Shown here piece by piece: positions 8,933 to 19,500 of a DNA stretch of 64,000 bases; position 1 is the first letter of the stretch; each line of letters opens with the position of its first letter. Below the pieces are notes generated by a model, which was not told the DNA's origin, did not search any database, and worked only from the letters and a program-made list of their open reading frames with translations. This stretch comes from Cyanobacteria bacterium P01_F01_bin.150 (GTDB lineage: Bacteria; Cyanobacteriota; Cyanobacteriia; CAKZMO01). The stretch spans positions 32,001 to 96,000 of the forward strand of contig JBCCYL010000001.1 of NCBI GenBank assembly GCA_039189765.1, in the 5' to 3' direction. A program made the translations under genes and the position numbers.

Positions 8933-11900
8933 AGGGTGATTGATTGGGCGGTTGAATTTGGTTTGATTTAATTAAATAGGATAGATAGATATCAATTAAT
9001 TCTTCATCGATGGGAGGGCAGGATAGACTACTATTCTTTAATCCTAGAATCGCATTTTGACAATCAAATTCTACGATTGTTGGCTTATCTTTAGAATTGA
9101 AATTAGAAGATGCATTTGTCTGTTCCGTGGGAGTTTGTTCGGTTGGGAATAAAGCAACTAATGGATAGAGATGATGTTCGGGAGATGATTGGGCAATTTT
9201 TAATAGTTTCTTACGCCATTTATCGTAAGGCATTCGCTGAATATCGTAGCCTTTATTTTGAATGCAGCTAAACAAAATCTCTGAAGTAACAGGAGCAGCA
9301 TGCAGTAAGTGAAATACGTTGCACCCCTCCCCAGCCCTCCCCTTGTTTTCAGCTTGCCTCTCCAAAGGATTTAGGGGAAGGAGTTCCGGTCTCCCCTCTT
9401 TTGAAGGGGAGATTAAGGGGGGTGAATTAATCGATAAATAAACTAGCGCTTGGCTCGCGTAGTCAACGGGTAACACATCAAGCATTACCTGACCGTCGGG
9501 AGCGCTGCCAAGCTGGATATAGCCCATCATTAGGCGATAGAGAAAATCATTAGCGTTAAATACGCCTGTCTGACTATGACCTGAGATGGGGCCAAGGCGA
9601 TAGATGCTGACGGGTAGCCCTCGTTCACGGGCGATCGCCATCATCGATTCCGCTACCCATTTTGTTTGGGCATAGCCTTTAGTGGGAATGGCATATTTAG
9701 TTAGGGAATCCTGCTCGTAAATAGTGGGTTCTTCAGCCTGGAGTGGAAATACACTGATGGTGGAAACGAAGTGAACGGGCTTAAGTTTTTCAGTACAGGC
9801 TAAACGCAGTATTTCTTCAGTGCCTAATACGTTGGTCGGTTTTAACAACGAGTAGGGGGAACCATGGTGGACCCAGGCTCCGTTGTGATAGATAACGTCA
9901 ACCTCTTGGGCTAGTTTAGACAATTTATCGTCAGATAATCTAAATTGTGGTTCAGATAAATCACCCGCAATAGGAACAATACGGCTCTTAAAACTATTCG
10001 CCTGAACCGCCTCCCAGAGATAATAGGATGCCAAGCTAGAGCGAATTCTCTCAAAGGCTGCTTCGTTGGTTTTAGCGCGAACCAGACAGTAGATACGAGC
10101 GTTAGTTTGCTTGAGCAGTTCAAATAAAATAAAGCTGCCCATAAATCCATTGGCCCCGGTTAATAAAACAGTTGTGGATGGATTATTTAGATCAATAGAT
10201 CTAGATAAATCACCTCGGCAGTTTTGAGGGTTTATAGACGGATCGAGTTTGACTTCCGAAGATAGATCTAAGGTTTTGGTTTGGGTAAGCTGCCCTTTCT
10301 GGCGCTTAAGGAAGGCAATAATCTCGGGCTTCTGCTCTTTGATTTGAAGCTGTAAATCTTTGGTTAGCACACCTTTAGGCGCATTGCACCGCAGCTTGTA
10401 ATCCTGGCCGTCTTCCTCAATCCATAGTCGAATATCTTTTTTGGCGATGGTGGTCAGAAACGTGGCGATCGCCCGTCTCTGTTCCTGTTCAGGGGTCAGC
10501 TCATCATTGTGAATAGATCTCTGGGAATTGGCCTGGGAATTGGCCTGGGAATTTGTCTCGGCTTCTCCATGCTGCTGCTCTTTTTGCTGCTGGAGAAACG
10601 CGATAATGTCAGGCTTTTGATTTTTAATTTGGAGCTGCAAATCTTTTGTTAATACTCCTTTGGGTGCATTACACCGTAGTTTGGCCTCTTGCTTATCCTC
10701 TTCAACACCGTCTTCTTCTATCCATAGCCGAATATCTTGCTTTGCCAGAGTAGAAAGGAACGCCGCAATTACCCGTTTTTTCTCCTGCTCCGCCTTCGAA
10801 ATATGATGTCCGTTTTGCGGACTGTTCTGCTGGGCATGGGTTGCAAGAGCTGCCGTTTGCGATCGCATATTGCCCTTCTTCTTTTGAGGAACAGCCAAGG
10901 GTAAACCGTTTGCTCCCACTTTAGCCTCCTCTAGCTTTCGGGTCCGCCCCCTACCCATCACCTTTGGAGAGTCAGCCCCCATGTCTAAATGGATTTCCTT
11001 ACAGCCATAAAGTCGCTCGGTATCAATGCCAAGCTGTTTGCAATACTTGACAAATTTATTGGATTCAATGATTGGAGGAGAGTCATCCGTATAAACAATT
11101 GAGGTGATAAAGTTTAGCCACGGTTCCTGTCCCATCGCATAAACATATACATGTTGGGGATGTAGCTGATCTACAAGTTCAGTTGCTCGTTCGGCATTAG
11201 ATCCGTCTAACCGTCTAGTCGCAGCAACTCGGCGACTAATGGTTTGCCCCAGAAGCGAATCATAGGCCCAAGTAAACGGTGCCCCTTCACATTCCATACC
11301 GATAAAGAGTACATCTAAGTCGCCAAAAATATCGTGTAGGTTATCATACAGCGCTGGGTCAATATTATTTGAATCAGCAGCACAGATAATGGAGCGATCG
11401 CCAATTCGTATCATATAGGCATTTTTTGCACCAATATTTAAATCACCATGCTCACCAAATACAGGTAAACTAACAATCTCACCCTGGGGAAATGGAACAT
11501 TCTCTAACTCATCAATCTCACGAACATTATCAAAACCAAGAATATTTAAGATGGTTTTTAACGACGGATCAATTAACGACCCTTTGTGACTTTTAGGCAC
11601 AATAATATTCTTGACCTTATGCCGCAATTGCAGCATGGACTCAAACATAATATGGTCCTGATGATTATGGGTAATCATCGCATAGTCAATCGTTTCGGGC
11701 AGATCGCTAAAGCTAAACCGAGGGCAGCTAGAGGACTGGTGATGATAGCTAATAATCGGATCGCACAGGATGCTAACGTGACGAGTTTCAATCAGCACAC
11801 AAGCATGGCCCAAATAGCGAATTCGAATACCGTCACCACTGTAGTTTTCACACTTGGGCTGAGGTTCCGTCGTAAATAGGGTGGACCAAAAGTCAATTTT

Positions 11901-12578
11901 ATCAGGGGGAATAACGTCCTTAAATAGCTCCTGAATTTCGCTGAGCGATCGCCCCTGCTGTCGCATTCTAAACAGATCATTCCAGCGAGGATCGGCAAAC
12001 GGCAGGGCTACCTGCATCGAGTCGTCGGTATCTAAGCGGGGGGTACTAAGTACAAAGGCGCGATCGTCTTCATCTCCGACGTAAAGCACAACTGACTGTG
12101 AATCCGTATGGTAATATTCGCTGCGATACAGCAGTCCCTCCAGCAACCGAAAAGAGGGTCGGTGGTAGCGATCGTATACCAGCTCCACATATCCCTTAAG
12201 GGGACCAGGGATGTCTTTATAAAATGGCTCTAGGGACTCGCCTCTAAAGTCCTCCAGCATCGCATCCAACTGCTGAATCGCCTGATAGAGTTCCAGCAGC
12301 TTCGACTCTCTGGCCACGGTAAGGTCATACAGGGCCTTAATGTCATCCACCTTGGAGACATCGTAATCAATAAACGGTCCCCCTCGCATTTCCGGATCTT
12401 GGAGCGCCGTTACGTGAACTTGGGGTGCCCGAATAAAGGACTCCATCACCTTGAGGTGGGACTCAGTGATGTAACAGGCCGCAGTGGCAGGGGGGATCAG
12501 GTAAGACCATGCATACCACTGGTTAATCAGCGGCTCGGCGATCGCGTTCGGTTTGAGATAAACAATGGGATCGGACAT
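8919..12578 (-). CDS. Fusion protein: CmlA-like metallo-beta-lactamase-fold diiron beta-hydroxylase + two TubC-N-like docking domains + NRPS thioester reductase (R), with no carrier domain
   Basis: 1219 aa. YLGHACVLIE, THNHQDH, GEHGDL, AADS and YAMGQEPW match the CmlA family. Two LWIEED..KLRCNAPKGVLT..IIAFL units. R domain: LLTGANGFMG, IYHNGAWV, NVLGT, YAQTKWVAE. No GGxS carrier motif. Confidence 0.88.
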   Translation of the reverse strand: MSDPIVYLKPNAIAEPLINQWYAWSYLIPPATAACYITESHLKVMESFIRAPQVHVTALQDPEMRGGPFIDYDVSKVDDIKALYDLTVARESKLLELYQAIQQLDAMLEDFRGESLEPFYKDIPGPLKGYVELVYDRYHRPSFRLLEGLLYRSEYYHTDSQSVVLYVGDEDDRAFVLSTPRLDTDDSMQVALPFADPRWNDLFRMRQQGRSLSEIQELFKDVIPPDKIDFWSTLFTTEPQPKCENYSGDGIRIRYLGHACVLIETRHVSILCDPIISYHHQSSSCPRFSFSDLPETIDYAMITHNHQDHIMFESMLQLRHKVKNIIVPKSHKGSLIDPSLKTILNILGFDNVREIDELENVPFPQGEIVSLPVFGEHGDLNIGAKNAYMIRIGDRSIICAADSNNIDPALYDNLHDIFGDLDVLFIGMECEGAPFTWAYDSLLGQTISRRVAATRRLDGSNAERATELVDQLHPQHVYVYAMGQEPWLNFITSIVYTDDSPPIIESNKFVKYCKQLGIDTERLYGCKEIHLDMGADSPKVMGRGRTRKLEEAKVGANGLPLAVPQKKKGNMRSQTAALATHAQQNSPQNGHHISKAEQEKKRVIAAFLSTLAKQDIRLWIEEDGVEEDKQEAKLRCNAPKGVLTKDLQLQIKNQKPDIIAFLQQQKEQQHGEAETNSQANSQANSQRSIHNDELTPEQEQRRAIATFLTTIAKKDIRLWIEEDGQDYKLRCNAPKGVLTKDLQLQIKEQKPEIIAFLKRQKGQLTQTKTLDLSSEVKLDPSINPQNCRGDLSRSIDLNNPSTTVLLTGANGFMGSFILFELLKQTNARIYCLVRAKTNEAAFERIRSSLASYYLWEAVQANSFKSRIVPIAGDLSEPQFRLSDDKLSKLAQEVDVIYHNGAWVHHGSPYSLLKPTNVLGTEEILRLACTEKLKPVHFVSTISVFPLQAEEPTIYEQDSLTKYAIPTKGYAQTKWVAESMMAIARERGLPVSIYRLGPISGHSQTGVFNANDFLYRLMMGYIQLGSAPDGQVMLDVLPVDYASQALVYLSINSPPLISPSKEGRPELLPLNPLERQAENKGRAGEGCNVFHLLHAAPVTSEILFSCIQNKGYDIQRMPYDKWRKKLLKIAQSSPEHHLYPLVALFPTEQTPTEQTNASSNFNSKDKPTIVEFDCQNAILGLKNSSLSCPPIDEELIDIYLSYLIKSNQIQPPNQSPCSLD

Positions 12579-12836
12579 GGAGGATTTTGGATTTTGGATT
12601 TTGGATTGGGCGTTAGGGAGTTAGGGCGTTGGGGAGTTAGGGCGTTGGGGCGTTAGGGCGTTGGGGAGTTGGAGCCATTTTAGATTTTGGATTTTGGACA
12701 GAGAGTTGGGGCGGTTCGGTCCCCCTCTTGGGAGGGGTTAGGGGTGGGTTGACTTTAGTGGGAGAGTTAGGGAGTTAGGAAGTTAGGGAGTTAGGAGATT
12801 TTAAATTCTGCCTTCTGCCTTCTGCCTTCTGCCTTT
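12579..12836. repeat. Intergenic region built almost entirely from repeats: TTTTGGA, GGG(C/A)GTT(A/G), hairpin core, TCTGCCT
   Basis: Read directly. Hairpin core GGTCCCCCTCTTGGGAGGGGTTAGGGGTGGGTT at ~12718-12750. Confidence 0.9.
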
Positions 12837-15800
12837 TTAAAACTCCATTTCTTCGCGATCGTCGTCGTCCAATTCGTCGGGAAGGGCGGCTTGGAGCTGT
12901 TGGATAGTTTGATGCTGTTCGATTCGTTCGGCAAGGCCGATGACGGTGGGGGCTTCAAATAGATCGGCGACGGTCAGTTCAATGCCAAAACGATCGAGGG
13001 ATTGGGCAACCAGTTGGGTGGCTAGCAGTGAGTGACCGCCTAACTCGAAGAAGTCGTCCTGAATACCAATGGGTTCGACCTCAAGCAGGGTTGAGAAAAT
13101 TTCAGCTAAAACCTTTTCGGTATCGCTGCGGGGAGCCAGAATCGTGTCGGCAGACTGATTGCTGCTGCGATCGGGTACAGGAAGTGCCTCTGTATCCACC
13201 TTGCCGTTGGGAGTCAACGGCAGTTGATCCAGCACCACCACATCCGACGGCACCATATATTCCGGTAGCTTAGTTTTAAGCAAGCGCCGCAGATCCTTTC
13301 CATCCTGGACTTGAGCACCATCAGATTCAAGCACAACATAAGCTGCCAGCCGCTTATCGCCAGGATTATCCTCCCGCACAATCACTACGCAAGCCTGCAC
13401 CGTTTCCTGATCTGCCAGCACTGCTTCAATTTCCCCTGGCTCAATTCGGAAGCCCCGGATTTTCACCTGCTGGTCAATCCTACCCAATAGCTTAATGCGA
13501 CCATCGGGTAGGTAGGCAGCGAGATCTCCGGTTTTATATAGAGCCAGGGAATTTTGGATTTTAGATTTTGGATTTTGGACGGATCGGTCCCCCTCCTCGG
13601 AGGGACTAGGGGTGGGTTCTGCCTTCTGCCTTCTGCCTTCTGCCTTTTCAACAAACGGATTCGGCACAAAAACATCTGCGGTTTTATCCGGTCGGTTAAA
13701 GTAGCCACGGGCGAGACCGACACCGCCGATATGGAGTTCACCGAGAACGCCAATGGGGACGGGTTGGAGGCTAGCGTCCAATACGTATAGCTGTTTGTTG
13801 GCGCTGGGAGCAATGGTGGGTGAAATTGGATGGCCGTTGCCGCATTGAACCATGCTGGCATTGACAGTAACTTCGGTGGGACCGTAGGCGTTGATAAATC
13901 GACGGTTTTCGGACCACTGTTCGATTAGGTCGGGGGAAGGTGCTTCGCCGCCCACTAGCACCATTTTTAAGTCAGGTAGTTCGGTTACAGGCAGAACCGC
14001 AAGAGCGGAGGGTGTGATAGTAATGTGGGTAACCTGATGACGACGCAGCAGGGCCAATAGTTCCGGCCCGGGGATAAGAGAACCACGAGGAGCTAGGCAG
14101 AGCTTGGCCCCACAGCCCAAAGACATCACTAGCTCAGGGATAGATGCATCAAAGCTTAGGGAGAAAAATTGAAGGACGCAGCTATCAGGGTGGACGTCAC
14201 AGGCGCGGATCTTGTGTTCCGTTAGATTTACTAAGCCAGCATGGGGTACCAGGACGCCCTTTGGAGTCCCTGTAGAGCCGGAAGTGTAGATTTGATAGGC
14301 CAGATTAGCAGGGGTAACGCTGCTGGTTGGATTGGTGTCGGAGTGAGCGGCGATCGCATCCGCATCCGCAGTCAAGTTAACAATTTTGGGGAGTTGGGGA
14401 GTTGGGGAGTTGGGGAGTTGAGGAGTTGAGGAGGTTCGGTCCCCCTCTTGGGAGGGGTTAGGGGTGGGTTGGCCTTCTGCCTTCTGCCTTCTGCCTTCTG
14501 CCTTTAAATCCGGTGAATCGCTTGTAACCAGAAGAATCTCTGCTTGAGAGTCTTCCATCATAAACTCAAGTCTAGGAGCTGGGTAGGCAGGATCCAAGGG
14601 AACATAGGCCCCACCAGCCTTCAGCACCGCCATCACTGCAATCATCATCTCAAAGGAGCGATCGATACATATGGCAACCTTTACCTCTGGTCCTACACCT
14701 AGGGACTGGAGGTGGTGGGCAAGCTGATTGCTGTGGCGATTGAACTGATCGTAGGTAAGAGAGTCGTCTTGGTAGAGGAGAGCGATCGCCTCTGGTGTCT
14801 CTTTAACCCGCTCCTCAAATACCTGATGGAAGCATTGATCGGCAGCATAGCCTATTTGAGTTTGGTTCCAGTCTTCAAGCACCTGCTGGCGTTCAGTCGG
14901 AGTCAGCAAAGGCAATAGGCCGACGGGAATATCGGGCTGCTCCACAATACTTTCTAGCAAAATACAAAAATGACTGACCATTCGCTGGATGGTGTCAGGA
15001 TTGAATAGATCCTGATTGTATTCAAAACCGCCGACGATTCCATTAGGCGTATCGTAAAGGTCCACGCTTAAATCTAGCTTGGCAGTTGAGGTGGCCTGCT
15101 TCAACACTTCCAAAGTCAGGTCAGGCACCTCAAATTTTTCTGCGGGGGGCTGCTCCAGACGGAACTTGACTTGGAACAGCGGATTGTAGCTTAAATCCCG
15201 CTCTGGGTGGAGGGCTTCTACTAACTTTTCAAAAGGTAGATCTTGATGGTCGTAGGCATCCCAGGTGGTTTGCCGGACTTGAGACAGCACCTCTTTAAAA
15301 GAAGGATTGCCAGATAGGTCAGTGCGTAGCACCAGAGTATTAACGAAAAAGCCGATTAGACCCTCAAATTCCTTGCGGTTACGATTGGCGATAGGAGAGC
15401 CAACCACAATATCAGACTGCCCTGTGTAGCGATGGAGCAGAATATTAAAGGCCGCCAGCAGTGCCATAAACAGGGTTGCACCAGAGGCAGTGGCAAATGA
15501 TTTGAGGCGATCGCTTACTTCACTACCCAGCTCAAAAGTCTCCACCCCAGCTTTAAATCCTTGGATCCGCGATCGCCCCCGATCTGTCGGTAGTTGCAAT
15601 ACGGGCAGGTCGGGCTTGCCGCCGCCATCGGTACCGCCGAGCTGCTGTTTCCAATAGTCTAGCTGCTCGTCGAGGACATCACCTTGGAGCCACTGGCGCT
15701 GCCACACCGACACATCGGCATACTGCACGGGCAGGTCTGGTAAATTGGCAGGCTGGCCGGACTGATGGCCCCGGTACAGAGCCACCAGCTCTCGAATCAA

Positions 15801-16508
15801 CACTTCCATGGACCAGCCATCGGAGACCAAATGATGCATGGTAAACAGCATTACATGGTCTTGCTCATCCAGCTTTAGCAATGTGACCCGTAGTAGAGGC
15901 GCTTCGGCAATATCAAACGGTGTTTGCGCCTCGGTAACTGCTCTGTCACGAATATCTGCTTCCGTGACATCGATAACGGGAATATCAAGGGTCAAATCAG
16001 CGGGCGCGATAACCTGGCTGGGCTGACCATCCACTAACTGAACGCCAGTTCTAAGACTTTCGTGACGACGCAGCAGGTCATTAAAGCTGGCGGTTAGACT
16101 CTCCAAATCAAGAGTGCCTTTAAGCCGTACCGCTGATGGAATATTGTAGGTGGCAGTACCGGGCTGTAGCTGCTCCAGGAACCAGAGTCGCTGCTGAGCA
16201 AAGGAGAGGGGAATAGGCTGACTTCGATCCACTGGCACAATATTAGGTGCCGCCGTAGCAGATGCTGCCTTGGCCGCGCGATGAAGGAAGGCGATAATTT
16301 CCGCTTTGCGATCGCGTAGCGTAACCGTTAGCTCATCAGTTAATACCTCTTCCGGAGCATTACACCGCAGCTTAGCCAAAGATATGGCATCTCCATTACT
16401 GCCGCCATTACTACCGCCATTATCGGCAGAGTCGCCATCACCATACTCTAACCAGAGCTGCACATCTTGCTGGTACAGGTCTGAAAGTAATGCTTCAACC
16501 GTCTTCAT
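12837..16508 (-). CDS. NRPS: TubC-N docking - C - A (aromatic, Tyr-like) - PCP; last module
   Basis: 1223 aa. HHLVSDGWS, YTSGSTG, GGHSLL. Manual code DAPTLGAVNK, nearest to Tyr/beta-OH-Tyr codes but atypical. Acidic C-terminal SLiM DDDDREEMEF. No TE domain. Confidence 0.93.
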   Translation of the reverse strand: MKTVEALLSDLYQQDVQLWLEYGDGDSADNGGSNGGSNGDAISLAKLRCNAPEEVLTDELTVTLRDRKAEIIAFLHRAAKAASATAAPNIVPVDRSQPIPLSFAQQRLWFLEQLQPGTATYNIPSAVRLKGTLDLESLTASFNDLLRRHESLRTGVQLVDGQPSQVIAPADLTLDIPVIDVTEADIRDRAVTEAQTPFDIAEAPLLRVTLLKLDEQDHVMLFTMHHLVSDGWSMEVLIRELVALYRGHQSGQPANLPDLPVQYADVSVWQRQWLQGDVLDEQLDYWKQQLGGTDGGGKPDLPVLQLPTDRGRSRIQGFKAGVETFELGSEVSDRLKSFATASGATLFMALLAAFNILLHRYTGQSDIVVGSPIANRNRKEFEGLIGFFVNTLVLRTDLSGNPSFKEVLSQVRQTTWDAYDHQDLPFEKLVEALHPERDLSYNPLFQVKFRLEQPPAEKFEVPDLTLEVLKQATSTAKLDLSVDLYDTPNGIVGGFEYNQDLFNPDTIQRMVSHFCILLESIVEQPDIPVGLLPLLTPTERQQVLEDWNQTQIGYAADQCFHQVFEERVKETPEAIALLYQDDSLTYDQFNRHSNQLAHHLQSLGVGPEVKVAICIDRSFEMMIAVMAVLKAGGAYVPLDPAYPAPRLEFMMEDSQAEILLVTSDSPDLKAEGRRQKAEGQPTPNPSQEGDRTSSTPQLPNSPTPQLPKIVNLTADADAIAAHSDTNPTSSVTPANLAYQIYTSGSTGTPKGVLVPHAGLVNLTEHKIRACDVHPDSCVLQFFSLSFDASIPELVMSLGCGAKLCLAPRGSLIPGPELLALLRRHQVTHITITPSALAVLPVTELPDLKMVLVGGEAPSPDLIEQWSENRRFINAYGPTEVTVNASMVQCGNGHPISPTIAPSANKQLYVLDASLQPVPIGVLGELHIGGVGLARGYFNRPDKTADVFVPNPFVEKAEGRRQKAEPTPSPSEEGDRSVQNPKSKIQNSLALYKTGDLAAYLPDGRIKLLGRIDQQVKIRGFRIEPGEIEAVLADQETVQACVVIVREDNPGDKRLAAYVVLESDGAQVQDGKDLRRLLKTKLPEYMVPSDVVVLDQLPLTPNGKVDTEALPVPDRSSNQSADTILAPRSDTEKVLAEIFSTLLEVEPIGIQDDFFELGGHSLLATQLVAQSLDRFGIELTVADLFEAPTVIGLAERIEQHQTIQQLQAALPDELDDDDREEMEF

Positions 16509-19500
16509 AGTTCAATCTCCTTCCGACCTTTGGATGTTGCTAATGGTTTACCTGTTGGAGAATTGCCGTTCTCCACTGAATCCGATGCCAAGGGCTTGCC
16601 CACTGGCCGCTTTAATGCCATTTGAGTCGCGTCCACATATTGCGAGAGGGCGGCGACCGTTTGCTTTTCAAACAGACTCCGCAGGGGCACCTCCAGATCA
16701 AAAACTTCTCGCAATCGGGAATTAATCCGCGTTGCTAGTAGGGAATTACCGCCCAAGTCAAAAAAATTATCCTCAACGCTAAATCGATCCACCTTTAGCA
16801 CCGAACTCCAAATTTCCTTAATCACCTGTTCGGTTGCCGTACGGGGAGCCACCATCTCCGCCGATCCCTTGGGCTGCCATTGAGGAAGCGATCGCCGATC
16901 CAGCTTGCCATTAACCGTCAATGGAATCTTTTTAATCGGAATAAACGCAGTTGGAATCATATATGGAGGTAAGCGATCGCCCAAAAACTCTTTCAGTGCT
17001 GATGAATCATCAAGAGTCGAAGCTGGAGACACCAGGTAGGCAATCAAATACTGCTGATCATTGCGCTTGGTCACCGTAACAATTGCCTGATGCACCGTTG
17101 GATAATCCGCCAGCGCCGCCTCAATTTCCCCTAGCTCTATTCGTAGCCCCCGCAGCTTGACCTGAGTATCAATTCGCTCAAGGAATTCAATTGTGCCATC
17201 GGGGAGGTAGCGGACGCGATCGCCAGTTTTATACAGAGTTAGGGAGTTGAGGAGTTTGGGAGTTTGGGAGGTTCGGTTCCCCGCCTGGGAGGGGCTAGGG
17301 GTGGGTCTGCCTTCTGCCTTCTGCCTTCTGCCTTCTGCCTTTTCTCCATCTTCTGCCTTTTCTCTGCCTTCTGCCTTTAGAAACGGATTGGGAATAAACC
17401 GCTCGGCAGTCAGCGCAGGGTTGTTGAGGTAGCCTCGTGCTAGGCCGTCTCCCGCAATATAAAGTTCTCCTGAAACCCCAGTGGGAGTGGGGTGGAGATT
17501 GGAATCCAGAATATAAAGTTGGGTATTGTGGATGGGTTTACCAATGGGAATAGAGGATGTGGAGTAGCGGGAGTTGTAGTGGGTGTGGGCAGTAACGTCA
17601 ATGGCGGCTTCGGTGGGTCCGTAGAGGTTGTGGAGGTCGGCGTTAAAGTGGATATGAATGCGATCGCCCAATATACAGGGCAATGCTTCACCGCTACAGA
17701 TAATACATTTAATCGAGTAAAGGTCTCTATCTTCCACTTCATCCAAAAATATTTGAAGCATGGAGGGCACAAAGTGCAGGGTAGTAATTTGCTCCTCATG
17801 GATAATTTGGCGCAGGTAGGCGCTGTCTCGATGACCTCCTGGCCTGGCGATTACCAGCCTAGCTCCTGTGATTAAGGGCCAGAAAAATTCCCATACCGAT
17901 ACGTCAAAACTAAAGGGAGTCTTTTGGAGAACGCGATCGCTACTATCCAGGCCATATTCTGACTGCATCCAATGCAGCCGATTCACCAGCGCTCGATGGA
18001 TATTAACAACGCCTTTAGGTTCTCCAGTAGAGCCAGAAGTATAGAGAACGTAGATGGCATTATCAGGCGTAACTGTTGTGCTGGGGTTTGTCGTCGGGAA
18101 AGACGCAATTTTTTCATCCCGAACATCCTCAGCCGTTAGCACAACAGAAACATTAGCGTGAGCTTGAATATAGTCCAAACGGTTCTGAGGATAGTCTGGG
18201 TCAAGAGGGACGTAAGCTGCACCAGCCTTCAAACTTCCAAGAATAGCTACTACCATTTCTACACAACGTTCCATATGGATGCCCACACGATGTTCGGGTA
18301 GAACTCCGATGGATTGTAGATGGTGCGCTAGCTGATTAGCCTGATGATTGAGGTCAGCGTAGGTGAGGTGCTGGTCTTGAAAGGTAACCGCTACCGCATC
18401 AGGAGTTCGATCAACCTGCTGCTCTACCCACTGATGCAAGCAGAGAGTCTGGGGATAGTCTTGATGAGTATGATTCCAATCCGTTAGAAGCGTTTGTTTC
18501 TCCGCCTTAGTGAGTATGGATAGATCCCCGACAAGACACTCTGAATTGGCCAGCATATTGTCCAGTATCGTTTGCCAATGGGAAATAAACTGGTTAACCG
18601 CCTTGGCGGTGATGCGATCGCCATCGTATTTCACGGTAATGTTTAGCGTGGTACCGGGAGCCACCAAAATTGTCAGAGGGAAGTGAGTCCATTCCAGCGA
18701 TCGCACCTCTTTAAGCTGTAAGTCCTGATCGCCAGACCCTGAAGATGGCTCAATGGGATAGTTTTCAACAACCAAAATGGTGTCAAACAGCGCCGTATTT
18801 TGGGGCAGTTCACTCCAGCCCTGGATATCCATCAGCGAGGCATATTCATAAGGTAGCGCCTCCGCTTGATTTTGCTGGAGCTGCTGAAGCCAGGATATTA
18901 ACGACTGTTCCTCCGCAACCTGAACTCGCACGGGTAGGGTATTGATAAATAATCCTACCATTGCCGCCGAGCCAGGCAAATCCACAGGCCGCCCTGAGCG
19001 GGTGGAGCCAAACACCACGTCATCCGCGTCACAGTAGCGACTGAGGACGATCGCCAGCGATCCCTGAAGCAGCGTATTGAGGGTTAGCTGATGCTGTTGG
19101 GCCAGGGTCTTGAGGGATTTTGTTATTGTCTCCTCGATTTCATACTCCCGTTCCTGCCAATGCTGAGCCGAATATGCCTGAAGGGAGTTTGATGGGGAAT
19201 TTGGGGCTAAACCAGATTGAGAAGAGTCAGATGGGAAAAAGATAGATCCAGAAGAATTAACTTGAGAAGACTTGGTCTTAAGAGCCACATTGCCCAGCGT
19301 TTCCAACACATCAGACAACCGTGAGGGGCTTTTAAATCCCTTGAGTTGTTGTTGCCAAAAGTGCTGGGCCTCTTGTTGATCCTGCTGGCGTAGCCAAGAG
19401 ATATAGTCACGATATGGCTGACGAGTAAGCGTTGCTATTGCCTTGTCGGTCTCACAAAGTTGGGCATAAACATCAAAGACATCTTTAACCACAATGGCCG

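Noticed and set aside
8919..12578. Beta-lactamase resistance gene
   Set aside because: The MBL-fold domain has CmlA-type features and is fused to NRPS docking and reductase domains, indicating a biosynthetic role.
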